This document shows, piece after piece, positions 58,815-64,000 of a stretch of DNA of 64,000 bases. Made by a program: the position numbers and the translations under genes. The stretch is from an uncultured Candidatus Saccharibacteria bacterium (GTDB lineage: Bacteria > Patescibacteriota > Minisyncoccia > Phycocordibacterales > UBA1006), in assembly GCA_964350165.1 (NCBI GenBank), contig CAYGJA010000001.1:174545-238544 (forward strand). Direction: 5' to 3'. Below the pieces are notes generated by a model. It was not told the DNA's origin and did not search any database. It worked only from the letters and a program-made list of their open reading frames with translations. Position 1 is the first letter of the stretch. Each line of letters opens with the position of its first letter.

Positions 58815-60902
58815 ATGGATCATAGTAAACACGCAGAACATAAAAAAGATACATCTGGGCATGATTGTTGCCATGATGAATCTCCTCAACAAAAAACTCA
58901 TCGTACTCATGAAATGCCTCATGATGGTGCGAGTTGCCATAGTGATAGTGGTAGCCATGGTGCACCTGGCATGAGTCATGGTAGTGCCAAAGATTTCCTG
59001 AAACGATTTTGGACTGTTACGGGACTTCTTGTTCCAATGGTTCTGCTTCATCCTGGAATCTTAGAGTTTCTTGGATTTGAAGTATTTCCAGCTACCAAAT
59101 GGATTCAATTTGGTTTGGCTGTTGTAATCTTCAGATTTGCTCTTGTCTTCTTTGAACATGCTTGGCATGAAATAAAAATGCGTCGCTATGGAATGATGAC
59201 GCTCGTCTCCATGGCTGTTGGTGCAGGATTTCTGTTTTCGGTGGCATCAACTTTCATTCCAGCTTTGGAAGCAGAATTCTACATTGAAATTTCATCGCTG
59301 GTTTGGGTTTTGTTGTTCGGTCATTATCTAGAGGCGCGATCCAGTAGTGCGGCTGGTAATGCCCTTCAAGAAGTGGCGAAATTACTCCCCAAGAAAGCGC
59401 ACAAGATAGTAGATGGTAAAGAGGTTGATGTAGATATTACTGAATTAAACCAAGGAGATACGGTCGTAGTAAAACCTGGCGAAAAAGTCCCTGCTGATGG
59501 AACAGTGATATCTGGGGGTGCAAATGTGAATGAATCATTGGTGTCGGGTGAATCAAAACCAATTAACAAATCATCAAAGAGTGAAGTTGTAGCGGGATCA
59601 ATTTGTTTGGATGGCTCACTTACAGTCGAGCTGAGCCGTGTCGGTGAAAACTCAACTGTAGGTCAGATCAAGAAGCTGATCGAACAAGCTGGTAAAACTA
59701 AGCCACGTTCACAGCGTATTGCAGACAAAGCTTCGGCAGTACTGACATTTGTTGCTGGAACGGTTGCGTTGCTTACGCTCCTGATCTGGACACTGGTTAT
59801 TGGGCAAACGTTTGTCTTCGCGATTACCTTGGCCATTACCGTGCTGGTTATTGCCTGTCCACATGCCCTCGGCCTGGCTATCCCAACTGTTACAACCATT
59901 ACCACATCGCTGGCGGTGAAAAACGGCTTCTTTATCAAAGACCTTAGTAAAATAGAAGTCATCCGCAAAGCTGATTATGTCGTTTTCGACAAAACTGGAA
60001 CTTTGACCAAAGGAGAATTTGGAGTAACCGAAATCGTAGCTTCTGGCAATGCGGATGAAGAGAAAGCACTCTCGGTTGCAGCTTCATTGGAACAGCATTC
60101 ATCCCACATCATTGGGCGCTCAATTCTCGAGTATACCAAGAAGAAAAACTCGGAATTGTCAGATATATCTGATTTCAAAAACATCGCTGGCCAAGGAGTG
60201 TCAGCAAAGATTGCTGATACAGAATACTTTGTAGGTAATGAAAGGTTAATTAAAACTCTGGGTTTCGATTTCAAATCACCTCAGGATCTATCAGGAACGG
60301 TTGTTTTCGTCGCAAGCACAAGTGAATTGCTAGGTTATATTGTGCTCGCTGATGCAGTCAAAGATCAATCATACAAAGCGGTCAAAGACTTGCATAAGAT
60401 GGGTGTAAAAGTAGCGATGCTGACGGGTGATAACGAAAAAGTTGCCAAGTCTGTATCTGATGAATTGGGTATTGATACGTATTTTGCTAATGTTATGCCC
60501 GAGGATAAATATACCCATATCAGAGGCCTTCAAGACGGCGGTAATGTGGTGCTGATGGTTGGCGATGGTGTCAACGATGCGCCAGCACTAACTCAGGCGG
60601 ATGCAGGAATTGCGATTGGTGCGGGTACTGATGTAGCAGTCGAGTCGGGGGATGTAGTATTGATGGATAATGACCCATCTGATATTGCACGACTGATTAC
60701 ACTGTCGAAAAAGGTCTATACCAAAATGATTCAGAACCTCATTTGGGCACTGGGATATAACATCATCGCTATTCCCGCGGCGGCAGGAGTATTTGCTGGA
60801 CTTGGATTCTTCCTGCGTCCTGAAATTGGGGCGCTATTGATGAGCCTCTCGACGGTGATTGTAGTAGCAAATGCAATGAGATTAAAAAGAATCAAATTAT
60901 GA
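58815..60902 (+). CDS. Copper-exporting P1B-type ATPase (CopB-like, P1B-3)
   Basis: His-rich N-terminus, CPHALG, DKTGT, GDGVND, YN and MSLS TM motifs. Confidence 0.93.
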   Translation: MDHSKHAEHKKDTSGHDCCHDESPQQKTHRTHEMPHDGASCHSDSGSHGAPGMSHGSAKDFLKRFWTVTGLLVPMVLLHPGILEFLGFEVFPATKWIQFGLAVVIFRFALVFFEHAWHEIKMRRYGMMTLVSMAVGAGFLFSVASTFIPALEAEFYIEISSLVWVLLFGHYLEARSSSAAGNALQEVAKLLPKKAHKIVDGKEVDVDITELNQGDTVVVKPGEKVPADGTVISGGANVNESLVSGESKPINKSSKSEVVAGSICLDGSLTVELSRVGENSTVGQIKKLIEQAGKTKPRSQRIADKASAVLTFVAGTVALLTLLIWTLVIGQTFVFAITLAITVLVIACPHALGLAIPTVTTITTSLAVKNGFFIKDLSKIEVIRKADYVVFDKTGTLTKGEFGVTEIVASGNADEEKALSVAASLEQHSSHIIGRSILEYTKKKNSELSDISDFKNIAGQGVSAKIADTEYFVGNERLIKTLGFDFKSPQDLSGTVVFVASTSELLGYIVLADAVKDQSYKAVKDLHKMGVKVAMLTGDNEKVAKSVSDELGIDTYFANVMPEDKYTHIRGLQDGGNVVLMVGDGVNDAPALTQADAGIAIGAGTDVAVESGDVVLMDNDPSDIARLITLSKKVYTKMIQNLIWALGYNIIAIPAAAGVFAGLGFFLRPEIGALLMSLSTVIVVANAMRLKRIKL

Positions 60903-62320
60903 AAAATCAGAACATGAACATTCGCATAGGTCTGGTTTTTGTTGCTGTAGTTGTTCTGGGTATTCTTGTGATATCAAATAACGATAAGACTGTTTCGAAA
61001 TTCTCTCTGCCAGACAAACAAGCTCTTGCAGAAGAGTTTAATGATGCTTTCAGAGAGAACAAAGAGCCAAATGGAACTATCATCGAGTACGCGATAACAG
61101 CAGAGCCGGCATCAATTGAACTTCCAAGTGGAACAATTACCAATGCTTGGGCATATAACGGCCGCACTCCTAGTCCTGAAATCCGTCTGACGCTTGGTGA
61201 TACTCTTCGCATTCCATTTACCAATAATCTTCCAGACGAAACCACCATTCACTTTCACGGTATACGAGTTCCTAATGCGATGGATGGCGTGCCAGGCGTC
61301 ACTCAAAATCCTATTCAACCGGGCGAATCCTTCGTCTATGAGTTCACTCCAAAAGATGCTGGAACATTTTGGTTTCATCCACATGTCCGAGGTTCAGAAC
61401 AGCTTGAACGAGGACTCTACGGAACTATTATCGTTGAAGACAAGTACACCCAATCTCTCGATCAGGATTACGTTATCATTCTGGATGATTGGCGACTTTC
61501 ATCTGCTACTACAATCAATGAGACTTTCAACCACCCTCATGATATCGCTCACGATGGACGGTGGGGTGATATTACGGTCAATAATAAAGTCTCAGAGATT
61601 ATTACAGCGAGACCAGGCGAACATATCAGATTGCGATTCGTGAATACTGCTAATGGCAGAGTCTTTCAGCCTGTCTTTTCTCAGCCTGTACAGCTAGTGG
61701 CCGTAGACGGGATGTCTTTGGCAGAACCAATCCCATACGAGACGATGGAAGTTGCTCCGGGAAATCGTATCGACGTCGAGTTTATTGCTGAGAGCGATTT
61801 CAGTGTTGTCGACACCTTTTTTGGCAGACTCAACATGCTTCTTAATGTAGAAGTTTCTGGCGAAAAAGTGACTTCAACTATAATCGACTACCCCAAAAGC
61901 ATTCACATTCCAGCTTGGAATTCAGCCGAGGCTATCTCTGCTAAACCAGATATCGAATATGTACTCGACGCCGATGGTGGAGGCATGATGGGGATGATGG
62001 CCTTCAACTGGAGTATCAACGATGATTTGTACAGAGAAGACACGCCACTATCCCTTACTCGCGAAGAAGTATCTAAGATTCGATTTCGCAATGACTCACT
62101 TCGCTTCCACCCTATGCATCTTCATGGTCAATTCTTCAAGGTTATTGCTCGGGACGGAAACCCTGTTGATGAGCCATATTGGCGAGATACCATCCTGGTA
62201 CATGGAGTTGAAACCATCGACGTAATGCTTATGCCACGAGATGTCGGTGAATGGGCCATGCATTGCCATATTCAAGAACATGCTGAAGCTGGCATGATGA
62301 CTACTTTAATTGTTAACTAA
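60899..62320 (+). CDS. Multicopper oxidase
   Basis: HFHG, WFHPH, HPMHLHG, HCHIQEHAEAGMM. Confidence 0.95.
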   Translation: MKNQNMNIRIGLVFVAVVVLGILVISNNDKTVSKFSLPDKQALAEEFNDAFRENKEPNGTIIEYAITAEPASIELPSGTITNAWAYNGRTPSPEIRLTLGDTLRIPFTNNLPDETTIHFHGIRVPNAMDGVPGVTQNPIQPGESFVYEFTPKDAGTFWFHPHVRGSEQLERGLYGTIIVEDKYTQSLDQDYVIILDDWRLSSATTINETFNHPHDIAHDGRWGDITVNNKVSEIITARPGEHIRLRFVNTANGRVFQPVFSQPVQLVAVDGMSLAEPIPYETMEVAPGNRIDVEFIAESDFSVVDTFFGRLNMLLNVEVSGEKVTSTIIDYPKSIHIPAWNSAEAISAKPDIEYVLDADGGGMMGMMAFNWSINDDLYREDTPLSLTREEVSKIRFRNDSLRFHPMHLHGQFFKVIARDGNPVDEPYWRDTILVHGVETIDVMLMPRDVGEWAMHCHIQEHAEAGMMTTLIVN

Positions 62321-62331
62321 TCAGATCTTAT

Positions 62332-63066
62332 ATGAATGAAAAAACAAGTTTTACTTTGACCACACCAATTGCTGTCATTATCGCAGGCCTCATTATTGCT
62401 GGTGCGATTGTATTTACAAACACAACTACCACCGATTCGACAAATCAGATTGCAGCCGTAGATTCAGTGGAAACAGGACAAATTGCTCCCCAAGGTGATC
62501 CACTAGAAGCAATGCTCCCTATAGACAAAAACGATCATGTCCGCGGTGCAAAGAACCCCAAAGTAACCATTGTTGAGTATTCTGACTATGAATGTCCATT
62601 CTGTAAGCGTTTTCACAATACGATGCTGAATCTTGTCGACAAATATCCTAACAATCTCGCCTGGGTATATCGCCATTGGCCTATTGAAGGGCTTCACCCA
62701 GTAAAAGCAAGGCGTGAAGCATTGGCTGCTGAATGTGCTGCCGACCAAAAAGGAAGTGATGGATTCTGGGAATTCAGTGATCGTTTTATGGAGCTCACTC
62801 CGTCAAACAACCGAACTAACCTTGAAAAAGTTCTTCCTCAGATAGCAGACGAAATGGGACTTAATCAGAAAAAATTCTTTGATTGTATTGATTCAGAGAA
62901 GTTTGCCGATAAAGTTGACCATGATACAGAGAATGCTCTTGCAACAGGTGGGTCAGGAACACCATGGAGCATTATCATTCTCCCTGATGGAACGAAAGTT
63001 CCTCTCAATGGTGCACAACCTGAAGAAGCTATTAGCAAACTCATTGACTCAGTTCTTGGGGAATAG
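62332..63066 (+). CDS. DsbA/BdbD-like thiol-disulfide oxidoreductase
   Basis: EYSDYECPFCKRFH, YRHWP, GTP, GAQP and an N-terminal anchor. Confidence 0.92.
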   Translation: MNEKTSFTLTTPIAVIIAGLIIAGAIVFTNTTTTDSTNQIAAVDSVETGQIAPQGDPLEAMLPIDKNDHVRGAKNPKVTIVEYSDYECPFCKRFHNTMLNLVDKYPNNLAWVYRHWPIEGLHPVKARREALAAECAADQKGSDGFWEFSDRFMELTPSNNRTNLEKVLPQIADEMGLNQKKFFDCIDSEKFADKVDHDTENALATGGSGTPWSIIILPDGTKVPLNGAQPEEAISKLIDSVLGE

Positions 63067-63068
63067 TC

Positions 63069-63608
63069 GTGCTGAGCGTACTTCGTACAGCTTTCTCAAG
63101 GCCAATAACGGTCATGGCCACACTATCAATCAGTGTCGTCTTGTTTACCTTTATTATCTTCTTTCCGCATAGAGAAACGTTCCTGGCTCTCAGCAACGCT
63201 GGAGCAAGTGGGTCAGTCATTTTTTCGTTCCTTGGGGTAGTATTCAGTAATAACACAATTGTTTCGTTGTCTGGAGCAGTCCTCGTTTCTCTTCTCACGG
63301 GGATATATGTCCCACTATTCATCGCGTATATTAAAAAGTTTGGTTGGCACAAGACTAGACTTAGCGGGCTAGGAGGGTCAATTCTTGGTATGCTTGGAAT
63401 AGGCTGTGTTGCTTGCGGTTCTACAATCCTTGTACCACTACTCAGTGTGTTGGGATTAGGGGGATTTTTGGCGGGATTACCATTTAGAGGTGAAGAATTT
63501 CTCTTCATGGGAATACTGATCCTTCTTATGTCCCTTTATTATTTACTTAAAAATATGAACAAACCTATGGTTTGTTTGACTAAACCCGATAAAAACTATG
63601 AGAAATAA
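63069..63608 (+). CDS. Membrane protein with GCxxCG motif
   Basis: Several TMs, LGIGCVACG, C-terminal PMVC. Confidence 0.75.
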   Translation: MLSVLRTAFSRPITVMATLSISVVLFTFIIFFPHRETFLALSNAGASGSVIFSFLGVVFSNNTIVSLSGAVLVSLLTGIYVPLFIAYIKKFGWHKTRLSGLGGSILGMLGIGCVACGSTILVPLLSVLGLGGFLAGLPFRGEEFLFMGILILLMSLYYLLKNMNKPMVCLTKPDKNYEK

Positions 63609-64000
63609 CAAACACCAATGGTTCGCATGGCTTTCCATAATCGGAGGCTTGCTCCACCTATTATTCGTATCATTCCTCCATCGAGAAAACTTTATCGAAT
63701 TGTGGTTCTTTACGACCGCTGGATCGGTGCAGGCCTTCTTGGGTGCATATGCATTACTTCATCAGGATAAGTGGCGCAAACTCATACCAACATTAATTGT
63801 CATCCATGGATCACTAATTGTAATGTGGGCTGCCACCCGCATCTTCCCAGCCCCATTCCTGACATTCCCAGAAGCAGTAGGGGGTGCAGATATCATTGTT
63901 GTAATTGCTGAACTCTTGGCCGTTATCGTTGGATTGCAAATTCTTTTCCGACTACGAAAATCATTCATTGCTACCACTCTCATTCTTTCTTTACTGATTG
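63598..64000 (+). CDS. Membrane protein (partial, runs off the window)
   Basis: Manual translation MRNNKHQWFAWLSIIGGLLHLL...FFTTAGSVQ...WAATRIFP is open to the window end. Confidence 0.7.
   Translation, partial: MRNNKHQWFAWLSIIGGLLHLLFVSFLHRENFIELWFFTTAGSVQAFLGAYALLHQDKWRKLIPTLIVIHGSLIVMWAATRIFPAPFLTFPEAVGGADIIVVIAELLAVIVGLQILFRLRKSFIATTLILSLLI

Larger units (their letters stand above)
46896..64000. mobile_element. Integrated element / genomic island (right end not in window)
   Basis: tRNA fragment boundary and an abrupt switch from core genes to CBASS, MTase, terminase, serine recombinase and copper cargo. Confidence 0.75.

Overview
Fragment of a small-genome bacterium, most likely Patescibacteria/CPR (Parcubacteria-like). 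This is inferred from gene content: NusB-NUDIX fusion, split transketolase, short SMC, clusterless MutY, DnaG zinc finger with SPFT, and no rimM in rpsP-khpA-trmD. Standard code 11 reads the core genes. About 1-46.8 kb is housekeeping backbone (dnaG start, rpoC, rpoB, trmD, khpA, rpsP, rnr, smc, rnc, nusB, rpmF, rnhB, dnaE, thrS, gyrB, pentose-phosphate/gap cluster, UvrD-nuclease, mutY, pyrD, msrB) with scattered orphan secreted or membrane genes. From about 46.9 kb to the window end lies a probable integrated element starting at a tRNA-Ser 3'-end fragment embedded in nested hairpins. It carries (i) a LexA-like repressor / CD-NTase / Cap15 operon (CBASS) with a palindrome over its own -10 box, (ii) a capsid-less ParB-methylase / TerS-like / TerL module with an in-frame amber codon in TerL, (iii) two highly structured non-coding regions, (iv) a large serine recombinase and (v) a CsoR-controlled copper cluster. 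The best novelty candidates are the LexA-gated CBASS and the terminase-bearing element with its structured RNAs. All calls come from motif recognition by eye; no database searches or folding programs were run.
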